A stretch of 40,269 nucleotides of DNA from an uncultured bacterium (GTDB lineage Bacteria; CAYJRR01): contig CAYJRR010000001.1 of NCBI GenBank assembly GCA_964372275.1, forward strand, positions 68,962-109,230, read 5' to 3'. The position numbers and the translations under genes were made by a program. Every line of letters begins with the position of its first letter. The stretch's first letter is position 1. Below are positions 16,330 through 26,840 of the stretch, one piece after another. The notes under the pieces are model-generated. The model worked only from the letters and a program-made list of their open reading frames with translations. It ran no database searches and had not been told where the DNA came from.

Positions 16330-16359
16330 TTGACAGACCTTCGAGGGCGGGGTTTTCAT
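16330..16359 (+). promoter_or_regulatory. Possible internal promoter for acpP
   Basis: Perfect TTGACA at 16330-16335, but only a weak -10 (TTTCAT, 18-nt spacer). Confidence 0.3.
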
Positions 16360-16424
16360 GCCGCGACGTTTCGAGCGCGAAAGGCCTTTGCCCGCGGTTG
16401 AACTTTCCAGGAGGAGCGGCTTCT

Positions 16425-16658
16425 ATGGCGTCGGTCGAAGAGAAGGTGAAAGAGATCGTGTGCGAGCAGCTGGGCATCTCGGAGGAGGAGGTCGCCCCGG
16501 AGAAGCACTTCATCGACGATCTCGGAGCCGACAGCCTGGACATCGTCGAGCTGGTGATGGCGATGGAGGAGAACTTCGAGATCGAGATCCCGGACGAGGA
16601 CGCGGAGAAGATCCAGACGGTCCGGGATGCGATCAACTACATCCAAGAGAGGCAGTAG
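16425..16658 (+). CDS. acpP: Acyl carrier protein
   Basis: [41 protein letters not shown]. Confidence 0.97.
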   Translation: MASVEEKVKEIVCEQLGISEEEVAPEKHFIDDLGADSLDIVELVMAMEENFEIEIPDEDAEKIQTVRDAINYIQERQ

Positions 16659-16726
16659 AGGTCCCGGGACGCTCTTCCAGGCCGGCGCTTGAGAGCCGGC
16701 CGCCCGGGCCGGGGCGAGAGAAAGGC

Positions 16727-17959
16727 ATGCGCAGGGTCGTCATCACCGGTCTCGGGTGCGTCTCCCCCTTGGGGAACGACGTCCGCTCGACGTGGGAGGG
16801 GCTGATCGCCGGCAGGTCCGGGATCGCGCCGATCACCCGCTTCGACGCATCGCGATTCGAGACCCGCTTCGCCGGAGAGGTGAAGGGGTTCGATCCGGAG
16901 CGGTACATCGAGAAGAAAGAGGTCAAGAAGATGGACCTCTTCATCCAGTACACCGTCGCCGCCGCTCAGCAGGCGCTCGAGGACGCGCACCTCACGGTGC
17001 CGCTCGCCGATCCGGACCGCGTCGGGGTGATCGTCGGCGCCGGCCTGGGCGGACTGCCGGCGATCGAGGAGACCTACCAGACCTTCATCGACAAGGGTCC
17101 GAACCGGATCTCCGCCTTCTTCGTGCCCAAGGCGATCGCCAATCTCGCGCCGGGTTACGTCTCGATCCGCTTCGGCGCCAAGGGTCCCAACTACTCGCCG
17201 GTCTCGGCCTGCGCCACCGGGACGCACTCGATCGGCGAGGCCTACCGCACCATCCAGCGCGATGACGCCGACGTGATCTTCGCCGGCGGGACGGAGTCGA
17301 CCGTCTGTCCGCTGGCCGTGGGCGGCTTCAACTCGATGAAGGCGCTCTCCACGCGCAACGAATCGCCGGCCGAGGCCTCCCGCCCGTTCGACGCCGACCG
17401 CACCGGGTTCGTGCTGGCCGAAGGGGCCGGCGTGGTGGTGCTGGAGGAGCTGGAGCGCGCCAAACGGCGGGGCGCGCGGATCTACGGCGAGATGGTGGGC
17501 TACGGATTGACGGCCGACGCGAACCACATCACCGCCCCCGCCCCGGAAGGGGAAGGCGCGCGGCGCTGCATGCAGATGGCGACGCGAGGGATCGACCTCG
17601 CCACGGTCGACTACGTCAACGCCCACGGTACCTCGACCGAGCTGAACGACTGGTACGAGACGATGGCGATCAAGGCGACCTTCGGCGACCTCGCCCGGAA
17701 GCTGTGGATCTCTTCGACCAAGTCGATGACCGGCCACGCGCTCGGAGCGGCGGGCGGGATCGAGGCGGTGATCACGCTGCTTTCCGTGCACCACGGGATC
17801 GTCCCTCCGACGATCAACCTCGACACGCCCGACCCGCGCTGCGATCTCGACTACGTCCCCAAGACGGCGCGCGAGAAGCGGGTGCGCGTGGCGCTTTCGA
17901 ACTCGTTCGGGTTCGGCGGGACCAACGCCACGATCGCCGTCCGGCGGTTCGAGGGGTAG
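16727..17959 (+). CDS. fabF: Beta-ketoacyl-ACP synthase II
   Basis: [10 protein letters not shown]; Cys-His-His triad motifs [32 protein letters not shown]. Confidence 0.96.
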   Translation: MRRVVITGLGCVSPLGNDVRSTWEGLIAGRSGIAPITRFDASRFETRFAGEVKGFDPERYIEKKEVKKMDLFIQYTVAAAQQALEDAHLTVPLADPDRVGVIVGAGLGGLPAIEETYQTFIDKGPNRISAFFVPKAIANLAPGYVSIRFGAKGPNYSPVSACATGTHSIGEAYRTIQRDDADVIFAGGTESTVCPLAVGGFNSMKALSTRNESPAEASRPFDADRTGFVLAEGAGVVVLEELERAKRRGARIYGEMVGYGLTADANHITAPAPEGEGARRCMQMATRGIDLATVDYVNAHGTSTELNDWYETMAIKATFGDLARKLWISSTKSMTGHALGAAGGIEAVITLLSVHHGIVPPTINLDTPDPRCDLDYVPKTAREKRVRVALSNSFGFGGTNATIAVRRFEG

Positions 17960-17963
17960 CGCG

Positions 17964-18422
17964 ATGAAGGTGGTGGTCGGCTCCGACCACGGCGGCTTCC
18001 AGCTCAAGTCGGCGGTGATCCCGCGGATCGAGAAGCTGGGGTTCGAGGTGATCGACGCCGGGACGAACAGCGCCGACCCGGTCGACTACCCGGACATCGC
18101 GGCGGGACTCGCGCGACGGGTCGGCGAAGGGGAGTTCGCGCGCGGCATCCTCATCTGCGGCACCGGGATCGGCATGGCGATCGCCGCCAACAAGGTACCC
18201 GGCGTGCGCGCGGCCTGCGTCTCCGACACCTTTTCCGCCAAGATGGCGCGGGCCCACAACGACGCCAACGTCCTGTGCTTCGGCGAGCGCGTCGTCGGAG
18301 AGGGTCTCGCCGGCGAGCTCGTCGCCGCCTTCCTCGGCACCGAGTTCGAGGGGGGGCGCCACGAGCGGCGCGTCGACAAGTTGCGGCAGCTGGACAGTCA
18401 GCGCACCGGCTCGGGCTGCTAG
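17964..18422 (+). CDS. rpiB: Ribose-5-phosphate isomerase B
   Basis: GSDHGG, CGTGIGM, HNDANVL, FEGGRHERRV. Confidence 0.96.
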   Translation: MKVVVGSDHGGFQLKSAVIPRIEKLGFEVIDAGTNSADPVDYPDIAAGLARRVGEGEFARGILICGTGIGMAIAANKVPGVRAACVSDTFSAKMARAHNDANVLCFGERVVGEGLAGELVAAFLGTEFEGGRHERRVDKLRQLDSQRTGSGC

Positions 18423-18439
18423 CACCGCGTAGGCGCATG

Positions 18440-18458
18440 GGCCCCGCCTCGCGGGGCC
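18440..18458 (+). terminator. GC hairpin after rpiB, possible terminator or processing stem
   Basis: GGCCCCGC-ctc-GCGGGGCC 8-bp stem; no U tract. Confidence 0.35.
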
Positions 18459-18466
18459 ACGAAAGT

Positions 18467-18580
18467 CCCTTCCGTCCTCGTTCCGTTCCGGATCCCTTCC
18501 GGTTCCGGCTCCGACTCCCTTCCCTTTCCGTGGAGGGGAAGGGAGTCGGAGTCGGAGCCGGAACGTGCCCGGAAGGGAAC
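18467..18580. repeat. Long inverted repeat built from TTCCG/CTCCGA short tandem units
   Basis: 18509-18524 (ctccgactcccttccc) perfectly complements 18536-18551; outer cccttccgg (18494-18502) pairs with ccggaaggg (18569-18577). Confidence 0.85.
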
Positions 18581-18602
18581 GTGTCCGCGACACATTCGGC
18601 GC

Positions 18603-18611
18603 TGGTAGGAT
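18603..18611 (+). promoter_or_regulatory. Putative extended -10 element (TGgTAGGAT)
   Basis: 7 nt before ATG 18619; the intervening gaggggg could alternatively act as an SD. Confidence 0.45.
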
Positions 18612-18618
18612 GAGGGGG

Positions 18619-20598
18619 ATGCGCTGCCGCCGACGGCCCCGTGCGCTCCTCGCGATGATCGCCCTCGCCGGCGGCGCCTGCGATCGCGACGGCTCCTCCT
18701 CCCGGAGCAGCCTCTACGTGGTCGACCTCTCCCCCGACGCCGGGTCGGAGGAGGTCGATCCGGACCTGACGCTGGTGGTGACGATGAGCGCAGCGCTCGA
18801 TCCGGAGAGCGTCGGGCCCGGCTCGATCGAGGTCTCGACGCCGGAGGGCGCCGTCGAAGGGGAGATCTCGCTCACCGACGGGGACACGGCGCTGCGGTTC
18901 GTCGCCGACACTCCGGTGGGCCGGTTCGTGCCGGTGTCGGTCTCGGTCGACGGTCGCCTTCGCGGCGCGAAGGGGCAGCGCATGGCGCGGGACTACGACT
19001 ATTCGTTTCGTACTCTCGGCCTGGAGCTGGTGCTCGACCGCGCCAGCGCAGAGGGGCTGATCGGAACGGAGCGGGTCGTGCAGGCGAAGATGCGGGGCGA
19101 TGCCGGTCTGGAGACGGTCGACGAGGTCACCTGGAGCAGCGCCGACGCGACCGTCGCCACGGTGGCCGGGTCGAGCGCCGGGACGATCGTCTTCGTCGGC
19201 GTGGGGACGACCACCGTCACCGCGGAGGGGTACGGCTTCGAGGCGTCGATCCCGGTGGCCGCCGCCACCACTACCGGCGGCGGGATCCTCTACCTTGGCA
19301 CCGACTCCACCTGGACCGACAAGACGGTCGATCCCTACCGGGAGCTCCCCAAGACCTGGGACCTGCGCTGCGACGGATCGATCACCGACGGCGGCGCCGA
19401 CGAGTTCGACGGGCCGACCTGGGTCCCGGTGATCGACCCGCTGACCTCCGCGGTCGCCTTCCCCTGCCTGCCGCCGGAGTCGATCTCGTTCGGCGAGCCG
19501 CTCGCCGTCCTCCCCACGCTCAGGCTCGAAACGGTCGGCGACTGGAACGGATACGTCGGCGAAGGGACCTCCTCCTGCCACCTGCGCCCGATCGGCCGGG
19601 TTTCGATGCACCAGGCAATCGCCATCCCTTCGAACGCCACGGCTCTCACGTTGAGCTGGGCCGACTACGTCTACCTGCTGGACGACGTCAACGCCGTGCC
19701 CGACTACGCCACCGAGAGCGCGTGGTACCGGGTGACGGTCGAGAACCTCACCGACGCGACCGCGCCGGCCATCGTCTACGCGGTGGCGAGCACCGACGGG
19801 GTGATGGCCAGCGACGTGGCGGGGGTGTTCGATCCGCGGTCGTTCCCGCTCGACGCCGCCGCGCTCGCGGGGAAGACGGTGCGGCTCACGTTCGAAGCCT
19901 TCGGCGGCGGTTACGAAGGGGCCGAGCATTCCGAGGCCCCCACGTCCGGTGTCTTCGTCGACTCGGTGAAGCTGATCGACCAGCTGCTCGTCGACCACGT
20001 CGACAACGGCGGATGTGAGCAGGACCTCGACGACTGGACCGGGCAGCAGCTCCTCGTCTCCCGCGAGGTGAACTTCGGGCCGGTCACCGTCGGGACGAGC
20101 CTGCGGATGACGCGATCGGTCCACGCCCCCGCCGCCGGTGGCGATTGGATCCGCTACCTCGACACCGTCACCAATCCGGCGGGGATCGCCGCCACCTTCA
20201 CCCTGCGGATGGAAGGGGACCTGGGGAGCGACGGCTCGGGGATCGTCTCCACCAGCGGTACGATCCAGTTCAACGTCGACGATTTCAACCCGGCGCTGCA
20301 CCCGCCGGCCGGGGCGAATCCCGATCCGATGGTGGCGATGATCCCCGGGGCACCCTCGCGGATCGACGTCGCCAGCCCCGGCGAATGGGCGGCGGAGTAC
20401 GACCTGACGCTGGGGCCCGGGCAGGCGAAGTCGATCCTCGCCATCCACGTGATCGGCGACTCGAACGACGCGGCCGACCTGCCGCTCCTGGAGACGCGCG
20501 CGGAACAGATCCGTGATTCGATCCTGCTCCTCGGCCTCGACTCCCCCTACGCCGCCGGCTTGACCGAGGAGGAGTGGGCGACGGTGGTGAACTGGTGA
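18619..20598 (+). CDS. Ig-like-domain lipoprotein, paralog 1 (Big_5-like, Big_2-like and an unnamed C-terminal region)
   Basis: RRRPRALLAMIALAGGA-C; VVDLSPDAGSEEVDPDLTLVVTMSAALDPESV (Big_5/SbsA-like); VTWSSADATVATV (Big_2-like); colinear with the downstream paralog. Confidence 0.8.
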   Translation: MRCRRRPRALLAMIALAGGACDRDGSSSRSSLYVVDLSPDAGSEEVDPDLTLVVTMSAALDPESVGPGSIEVSTPEGAVEGEISLTDGDTALRFVADTPVGRFVPVSVSVDGRLRGAKGQRMARDYDYSFRTLGLELVLDRASAEGLIGTERVVQAKMRGDAGLETVDEVTWSSADATVATVAGSSAGTIVFVGVGTTTVTAEGYGFEASIPVAAATTTGGGILYLGTDSTWTDKTVDPYRELPKTWDLRCDGSITDGGADEFDGPTWVPVIDPLTSAVAFPCLPPESISFGEPLAVLPTLRLETVGDWNGYVGEGTSSCHLRPIGRVSMHQAIAIPSNATALTLSWADYVYLLDDVNAVPDYATESAWYRVTVENLTDATAPAIVYAVASTDGVMASDVAGVFDPRSFPLDAAALAGKTVRLTFEAFGGGYEGAEHSEAPTSGVFVDSVKLIDQLLVDHVDNGGCEQDLDDWTGQQLLVSREVNFGPVTVGTSLRMTRSVHAPAAGGDWIRYLDTVTNPAGIAATFTLRMEGDLGSDGSGIVSTSGTIQFNVDDFNPALHPPAGANPDPMVAMIPGAPSRIDVASPGEWAAEYDLTLGPGQAKSILAIHVIGDSNDAADLPLLETRAEQIRDSILLLGLDSPYAAGLTEEEWATVVNW

Positions 20599-22559
20599 GC
20601 GTGCGCGCCGCCGACCCCCTGCATCGTCCGTCGCGCCGTGCCGCATTGGCGATCCTCGCGGTCGGCGCGCTTGCGGTCGGCCTCGCCGCCTGCAAACGAA
20701 ACCCCTACGACGAGCACCTGGGCGTCGTCTCGACCGTTCCCCCGGATGGCGCGATCGCCGTTCCGCCCGACCTCGTGGTGGAGGTGACCTTCGACGATCG
20801 ACTCGATCCGGCGTTCGTCGGCACGTCGAAGATCTCGGTCGTCTCCCCCGACGGCCCGGTGACGGGGACGGTCGAGGTGACGGGGAGTGGCCGTATCCTG
20901 CGCTTCACCGCCTCGCAGCAGGTGAAGCGGCTGGTAACGGTCGACGTGACCGTCCGAAAAGGGATCGCCGGCACCCGCGGCGAGATCCTTGACCGCGACG
21001 TCGGCTTCTCCTTCCGGACGAACGGGAGCGAGCTGCTCCTGAACCGGGACCGGCTGATCGGCCTGGCCGGGACCTCGACCTCGATCTCGGCCACGCTCCT
21101 CGGGGACGCCGGAACGGAACCGGCAACCGCCGTCTCGTGGACCTCCTTCGACCCTTCGGTCGCCTACGTCGACACCTCCTCGCAGACGGCAATGGTTCGC
21201 TTCGCCGGTCCGGGCTACACCACGATACGAGCCGAATCTCAGGGGCTTTCGACGACGATCCCCGCGTCGACGGCGACCGCCACGGCCGGCGGCGTCAGCT
21301 TCCTCGTCACCGACGCCGCCTGGACCGACGGCACCTTCGATCCCGACCGAGATCTGCTCCACACCTGGGACGTCGACCCGTGCGACGGCAGCGTCCGCGA
21401 TGGCGGGGCAGGGCAGTTCGACGGCGCCTCGCGGTTGATCCTCGATCCGCTGTCGGCCGACTCCTCGTTCGGGTGCGCCGGCGGCGGTGTCCCCGTCTTC
21501 GGAGCGCCGTTCGAGGTGATCCCATCCCTGCGGCAGGAGACATCCGGCGCCTGGCTCGGGGTGGTCGACGCGGGGTCGTCGAGCTGCCATCTCCGCCCGA
21601 TCGGGCGCGCGTCGATGTATCAGGACGTGACGGTTCCGGCATCGGCGACGTCGGGCCTCACCCTCTCCTGGTCCGACCGCTACGCGCTCGAGCCGGCGGG
21701 TTCCACCACCGCCGTCCGCGCCAGCGTCCAAAACCTCACCGACGGCGCCCCCGCGGTCGTCGTCTTTTCGATCGCCAGCGCCGGCACGATCGCCGACGGC
21801 GGCGGTTTCTCCCCGCGATCGATCGGCCTCACGGCGCAGGCGCTGGCGGGGAAGACGGCGCGGATCCGGTTCGAAGCGATCGGCGGGGGGTACGAAGGAT
21901 CGGTCGACGAAGGCCGCGCCGGGCTCTACCTCGACGGCTTGAGCCTCGAGCTGTTCGACGCGACCGAGCTGTTCGACGATCCCGGCTGCGAGGTCGACCC
22001 CCGGGATCCCGGCGCGGGCTGGACCGGCGAGTACGTCCGCGTTCCGCGGGAGGCGACCTTCGGTCCGCGTTCGGTCGACGGCCTCCTCGTCTCGCGTTCG
22101 GTCTACGCCCCGTATTCCGACGGCTACTGGCTCCGTTCGCTGGAGACGATCGAGAACGCCGGAGGAACGACGCGCGCGGTGACCGTGCGACTCGAAGGGG
22201 AGCTCGGCAGCGGCGGCTCGGGGCAGTACGCGACCGACGGCGAGATCTTCCTCTCCTTCGACGGCGGTCCGGGGGCCCATCCGAGCGTGGCGATGCTTCC
22301 GGGCGCCTACGACCGCATCGGTTCGATCGTGGGGGCCGACGGCTGGTCCTCGGAGTACGACCTCTCGCTCGCGCCGGGGGAGGCGCGATCGATCCTCACC
22401 TACCAGCTCTTCGGCGCGTCGACCGACGTCCAGGACCTGGGGTTCCTCGATCAGCTCGCGACGGAGATCCTGGATTCGGTCCGGAACTTGGGGATCGACT
22501 CCCCGTACGCCGCCGGGATCTCCCCCGAGGAGTGGGCGCAGATCGCCAACGGGCCTTGA
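20595..22559 (+). CDS. Ig-like-domain lipoprotein, paralog 2
   Basis: GTGA overlap with paralog 1; SRRAALAILAVGALAVGLAA-C (lipobox, possible twin-Arg); VVSTVPPDGAIAVPPDLVVEVTFDDRLDP; VSWTSFDPSVAYV. Confidence 0.8.
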   Translation: MSVRAADPLHRPSRRAALAILAVGALAVGLAACKRNPYDEHLGVVSTVPPDGAIAVPPDLVVEVTFDDRLDPAFVGTSKISVVSPDGPVTGTVEVTGSGRILRFTASQQVKRLVTVDVTVRKGIAGTRGEILDRDVGFSFRTNGSELLLNRDRLIGLAGTSTSISATLLGDAGTEPATAVSWTSFDPSVAYVDTSSQTAMVRFAGPGYTTIRAESQGLSTTIPASTATATAGGVSFLVTDAAWTDGTFDPDRDLLHTWDVDPCDGSVRDGGAGQFDGASRLILDPLSADSSFGCAGGGVPVFGAPFEVIPSLRQETSGAWLGVVDAGSSSCHLRPIGRASMYQDVTVPASATSGLTLSWSDRYALEPAGSTTAVRASVQNLTDGAPAVVVFSIASAGTIADGGGFSPRSIGLTAQALAGKTARIRFEAIGGGYEGSVDEGRAGLYLDGLSLELFDATELFDDPGCEVDPRDPGAGWTGEYVRVPREATFGPRSVDGLLVSRSVYAPYSDGYWLRSLETIENAGGTTRAVTVRLEGELGSGGSGQYATDGEIFLSFDGGPGAHPSVAMLPGAYDRIGSIVGADGWSSEYDLSLAPGEARSILTYQLFGASTDVQDLGFLDQLATEILDSVRNLGIDSPYAAGISPEEWAQIANGP

Positions 22560-22619
22560 ACCGTTCGACGGCCCGGCCGCGCGGTAGACGGCGCGGGGGC
22601 GCTGTGCTCGAATCCCGGC

Positions 22620-23690
22620 ATGCCTGCGGACGACCTCCTCGCACAACGATTCCCGGCGAAGCTCCCTTTCCGTTTCCACCTGGTCAAGCCCGACGGCGCC
22701 CGTCTCGAGTCGCAGCCGCGCACCGGTCACGCGCTCGACGCCAGCGAGACGGGGCTGCGCATCCACGTCGAGTCGATGCCGGAAGAGCTGGTGGCCAGGC
22801 TGCGCGACCCGGCGGCGAACCTGAAGCTCGAGATGTCGATCACCGTCGGCACGACCGAAACGGTGCTGAACGGAACCTGCCGCTGGGCGAAGGACCTGGG
22901 GAAGAGCCCGGGGGGCGCGTGCGTCCTCGGGGTCGAGTACCTCCCGGCCGACCGCGAGCGGGGCGCGGCGCTCGCCAAGACGCTGGAGCGGCGATACGTC
23001 CGCCCTCGCGTCCTGCGCGCCGCCGGGATCGTCGCCCTGATGGTGACGGCCGTCGCGGCCTACGTGCAGTGGACGACCTCGACCGCGCAGGCGGAACGGG
23101 TCCGCAAGGCGCAGGACGAGCTGTCGGCGGCGATGCTCGCGAAACAGGAGCTGGCCAAGCGCCTGACCGCGCTGGAGGAGACCGCCGCCCAGGCGCCGAC
23201 CGTCGATCCGACGACGGAGGCCGAGCTGGCCGACCTTCGGGCCAAGCTGGAGGAGGCGCGAAAGGAGGTCGGCGAGCGGTCGGTGACGTTGGCCGAGGCG
23301 GTGGAGCCGGTGCGGCTCGATCCGGTCGGGCACGCGCGCCGCGGGGCGAAGTTCTTCGCCGACGGAAACGTGGCCGCCGCGTTCCAGGAGTATTCGACGG
23401 CGGTCAAGCTCGACCCGAAGCTCGCCGACGCGCACCTCAAGATCGGCCTGATCGACGAGTTCTACGGCCTCAAGGAGGAGGCGGTGCTCGCCTACCAGCG
23501 CTACCTCGAGCTGAAGCCCAACGCGACCGATCTCTACGAAGTGCGGCAACGGATCGACCGGCTACGGCGCGAGACCGGCGGCCGCCCGGAGATCGCGAAG
23601 CCGGTCGGGCTGCCCGACGCCAAGGCGGAGATCCCGCTCGCGCCGCCTCCCGGGAAGCGGCCCGCCACCGATCGCGATCCGGACCTCTAG
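22620..23690 (+). CDS. PilZ-like, TM, coiled-coil and TPR protein
   Basis: QRFPAKLPFRF...LDASETGLRI...GTCRW...LGVEY PilZ pattern; TM AAGIVALMVTAVAAYVQW; coiled coil; TPRs (AFQEYSTAVKLDPKLADAHLKIG, AYQRYLELKPN). Confidence 0.75.
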   Translation: MPADDLLAQRFPAKLPFRFHLVKPDGARLESQPRTGHALDASETGLRIHVESMPEELVARLRDPAANLKLEMSITVGTTETVLNGTCRWAKDLGKSPGGACVLGVEYLPADRERGAALAKTLERRYVRPRVLRAAGIVALMVTAVAAYVQWTTSTAQAERVRKAQDELSAAMLAKQELAKRLTALEETAAQAPTVDPTTEAELADLRAKLEEARKEVGERSVTLAEAVEPVRLDPVGHARRGAKFFADGNVAAAFQEYSTAVKLDPKLADAHLKIGLIDEFYGLKEEAVLAYQRYLELKPNATDLYEVRQRIDRLRRETGGRPEIAKPVGLPDAKAEIPLAPPPGKRPATDRDPDL

Positions 23691-23703
23691 GAGCCGACCG
23701 AGC

Positions 23704-25470
23704 ATGGTCGCCGCTGGCCCGTCGCCGCCGAGTCCCGCCTCCGCCCCGCGCCGCCGCGCCGGGTGGATCGCGGTCCTGATCGTCGCGGCGGTGGGGATCT
23801 TCGTCGGGGTCCCGCTCCTGTTCTGCGTCTACCTCGCCGCCACCGCGCCGACGGTCGAGCGGGGAACGGTGATCTCGGTGCGGATCGACGGCGAGATCGC
23901 CGAGGGCCCCTCCACCGATCCGCTGGCGAAGCTCGCCGCGGCCGCCCGGCCGCTGTCTCTCCACGACCTGAGACGGCTGGTCCGCCTGTCGAAGGACGAC
24001 GCGCGCGTCGCCGGGCTCCTGCTCGAGATCGGTCCGATCGAGAGCTCGTTCGGCGTGCTGGAGGAGGTGCAGGAGCTCGTCGCGGAGTTCAAGACCGGCG
24101 GGAAGCCGGTGGCCGCCTTCCTCTACGGCGATTTCATCGAGGAGAAGCCATACCTGGTCGCGACCAGCGCCGACCGCATCGTCGCCAACCCCGAGGCCGG
24201 CTTCCTCCTCAACGGACTGACCGGCGAGGTCGCCTTCTGGCGCGGAACGCTGGAGAAGCTCCGCATCGAGCCGCAGTTCATCCTCTACAAGGAGTACAAG
24301 AGCGCCGGCGAGCCGTTCTCGCGCAAGGAGATGTCGCCGGCGTTCCGGGAGTGGTTGACCTCGGTGCTGACCGAATACCACCACCGCTTCCTCGACACCG
24401 TCGCCTCGCGCCGCGGGATCGACCGGGAACGGCTCGCCCGGCTCTTGGAGGAGGGGGGCCAGACGGCGAAGGAGGCGGCCGACGCGAAGCTGCTCGACGG
24501 CACCGGCTACCTCGACGAGGTGATCGATTCTCTCCGGACAGGCAGCCCCGGAACGGAGCGGCGCGTGATCACCGGGCAGCGCTACCTCGCTTCCAAGCGC
24601 GCCGTCGTCCCGCGCGGGAAGAAGGTGGCGGTCGTCTACGCCACCGGCCCGATCAGTTCGGCCCCCGGTTCGCAATCGCTGTTCGGCGGGAGCGGGATCT
24701 CGGGACCCGACCTGGCGGAAGCGATCCACGACGCCGCGGAGGACGCGTCGATCGAGGCGATCGTCATGCGGGTGGAGAGCCCCGGCGGCTCGGCCGTCGG
24801 ATCGGACTTCATCCGGCGGGAGATCGAGCGGGCGAAGGCCAAGAAGCCCTTCGTGGTCTCGATGAGCGGCGTCGCCGGCTCCGGGGGCTACTGGATCTCG
24901 ATGGACGCCGACGCCATCGTCGCCCAGCCGTCGACGCTCACCGGATCGATCGGTGTGGTCTTTGGCAAGTTCAACCTGCGGGGCTTCTACGAGTGGATCG
25001 GGGCGAACGTCGACGGGGTGAAGGTCGGCCAGAACGCCGACCTCTTCTCGCCGGTCCATTCGCTGGACTCGCACCAGCTCGCGCTGATGAACGAGTGGAT
25101 GACCGCCGTCTACGAGAGCTTCGTCGACCACGTCGCGAAGTCCCGCGGAATGAGCTTCGACGAGGCGGAAAAAGTGGCGCACGGCCGGGTCTGGACCGGC
25201 AGCCAGGCGAAGGAGCGCAAGCTCGTCGACGAGCTGGGGGGCTTCGCCACCGCCTTGTCGATCGCGAAGCAGAAGGCCGGGATCCCGGAGTCGGCGGAGG
25301 TCTCGCTGGTCGTCTTCCCCAAGGAGAAGCCGTTCCTCGAGGCGCTGCTGGAGGGGATGGGCGGGGCGAGCGCGGCGGTCCCCGAGATCGAGGCGCTGCT
25401 CGACGGCGTCGAGCGCGATCTCTCCACGCCCAAGGTCTTCGCCGTGATGCCGACCGTGGAGGTCCGTTGA
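23704..25470 (+). CDS. sppA: Signal peptide peptidase SppA (protease IV, long form)
   Basis: N-terminal [11 protein letters not shown] (Lys); [17 protein letters not shown] (Ser); [16 protein letters not shown]. Confidence 0.93.
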   Translation: MVAAGPSPPSPASAPRRRAGWIAVLIVAAVGIFVGVPLLFCVYLAATAPTVERGTVISVRIDGEIAEGPSTDPLAKLAAAARPLSLHDLRRLVRLSKDDARVAGLLLEIGPIESSFGVLEEVQELVAEFKTGGKPVAAFLYGDFIEEKPYLVATSADRIVANPEAGFLLNGLTGEVAFWRGTLEKLRIEPQFILYKEYKSAGEPFSRKEMSPAFREWLTSVLTEYHHRFLDTVASRRGIDRERLARLLEEGGQTAKEAADAKLLDGTGYLDEVIDSLRTGSPGTERRVITGQRYLASKRAVVPRGKKVAVVYATGPISSAPGSQSLFGGSGISGPDLAEAIHDAAEDASIEAIVMRVESPGGSAVGSDFIRREIERAKAKKPFVVSMSGVAGSGGYWISMDADAIVAQPSTLTGSIGVVFGKFNLRGFYEWIGANVDGVKVGQNADLFSPVHSLDSHQLALMNEWMTAVYESFVDHVAKSRGMSFDEAEKVAHGRVWTGSQAKERKLVDELGGFATALSIAKQKAGIPESAEVSLVVFPKEKPFLEALLEGMGGASAAVPEIEALLDGVERDLSTPKVFAVMPTVEVR

Positions 25471-26744
25471 TGCCGAGCGCCGCGCCGCCTTCGCCGATGA
25501 ACCCGCTGGAGCGGGCCGACCCCGCGGTCCACGACGCGATCCGCCGCGAGACGAAGCGGCAGCGCGAACACCTGGAGCTGATCGCGTCGGAGAACTTCGT
25601 CTCCCCGGCAGTGCTTTCGGCGTTGGGCTCGGCCCTCACCAACAAGTACGCCGAGGGGCTCCCCGGAAAGCGCTACTACGGCGGCTGCGAATACGTCGAC
25701 CAGGTGGAGCAGCTGGCGATCGACCGCGCCAAGAAGCTGTTCCAGGCCGACGGCGCCAACGTCCAGCCCCACTCCGGCGCGTCGGCGAACCTCGCCGCCT
25801 ACTTCGCCCTGGGCTTGAGCCCCGGCGACACGATCCTGGGGATGAACCTGTCGCACGGCGGCCACCTGACCCACGGTTCGCCCGCCAACTTCAGCGGGCG
25901 GCTCTTCAAGGTGGTCGCCTACGGCGTCGACGAGAAGACGGGGACGATCGACTACGACCAAGTGCGGCGGCTTGCCGCCGAACATCGGCCCAGGCTGATC
26001 GTCGCCGGCTTCTCCGCCTATCCCCGGACGCTCGACTTCGCCGCCTTCCGCCGGATCGCCGACGAGGTCGGAGCCAAGCTGTTCGCCGACATCGCCCACG
26101 TGGCGGGTCTGGTCGCCACCGGCCACTACCCGACGCCGGTCCCGCATTGCGAGATCGTCTCGACCACCACCCACAAGACGCTGCGCGGTCCACGCGGAGG
26201 GCTGCTCCTCGCCCGCGCCGACCACGAGAAGGCGATGAACAGCCAGGTCTTCCCCGGGTTCCAGGGCGGACCGCTGGAACACGTGATCGCCGCCAAGGCG
26301 GTGGCGTTCGGGGAGGCGCTGCAGCCGTCGTTCCGCGACTACTCCGCGCGGGTGATCGCCAACGCCCGCGCGCTCGCCGACTCCCTTCTCTCCAAGGGGT
26401 TCACGCTCGTCTCGGGCGGCACCGACAACCACCTGATGCTGGTCGACCTCACGCCGACCGGGATCTCGGGGAAGGATGCCGAGGCGGCGCTGGGCCTGGC
26501 CCACATCACCGTGAACAAGAACACCGTCCCCGGCGAGACCCGCTCTCCGTTCGTCACCTCCGGCCTGCGCCTGGGATCGCCGGCGATGACCACCCGTGGC
26601 CTCGGGGAGACGGAGTTCCGCAAGATCGGGGAGTGGATCGCCGACATCCTGAGCGACATCGCCGACACCGCGCGCGCGAACCGGGTGCGGGAAGAGGTGC
26701 TGGCCCTCTGCGCGAAGTTTCCGCTCTACCCGGAGCTCGGGTAG
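25470..26744 (+). CDS. glyA: Serine hydroxymethyltransferase
   Basis: [35 protein letters not shown]; start 25470 (TGATG overlap) or 25497. Confidence 0.97.
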   Translation: MPSAAPPSPMNPLERADPAVHDAIRRETKRQREHLELIASENFVSPAVLSALGSALTNKYAEGLPGKRYYGGCEYVDQVEQLAIDRAKKLFQADGANVQPHSGASANLAAYFALGLSPGDTILGMNLSHGGHLTHGSPANFSGRLFKVVAYGVDEKTGTIDYDQVRRLAAEHRPRLIVAGFSAYPRTLDFAAFRRIADEVGAKLFADIAHVAGLVATGHYPTPVPHCEIVSTTTHKTLRGPRGGLLLARADHEKAMNSQVFPGFQGGPLEHVIAAKAVAFGEALQPSFRDYSARVIANARALADSLLSKGFTLVSGGTDNHLMLVDLTPTGISGKDAEAALGLAHITVNKNTVPGETRSPFVTSGLRLGSPAMTTRGLGETEFRKIGEWIADILSDIADTARANRVREEVLALCAKFPLYPELG

Positions 26745-26840
26745 CCGCGCGTCCGCCCGCGGGACGTAGAAGAGGTGGCCGCACGATCGCGGCGACGCGT
26801 CGGCCCGTGACCCGACGCTCTGTCGCGCGTTTCATGGGTG

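Noticed and set aside
20547-23549. 1000-aa minus-strand ORF and similar antisense ORFs (677-2296, 9081-11762, 18151-20646, 23470-25182)
   Set aside because: Antisense shadows typical of high-GC3 genes; no motifs, and they overlap well-supported genes
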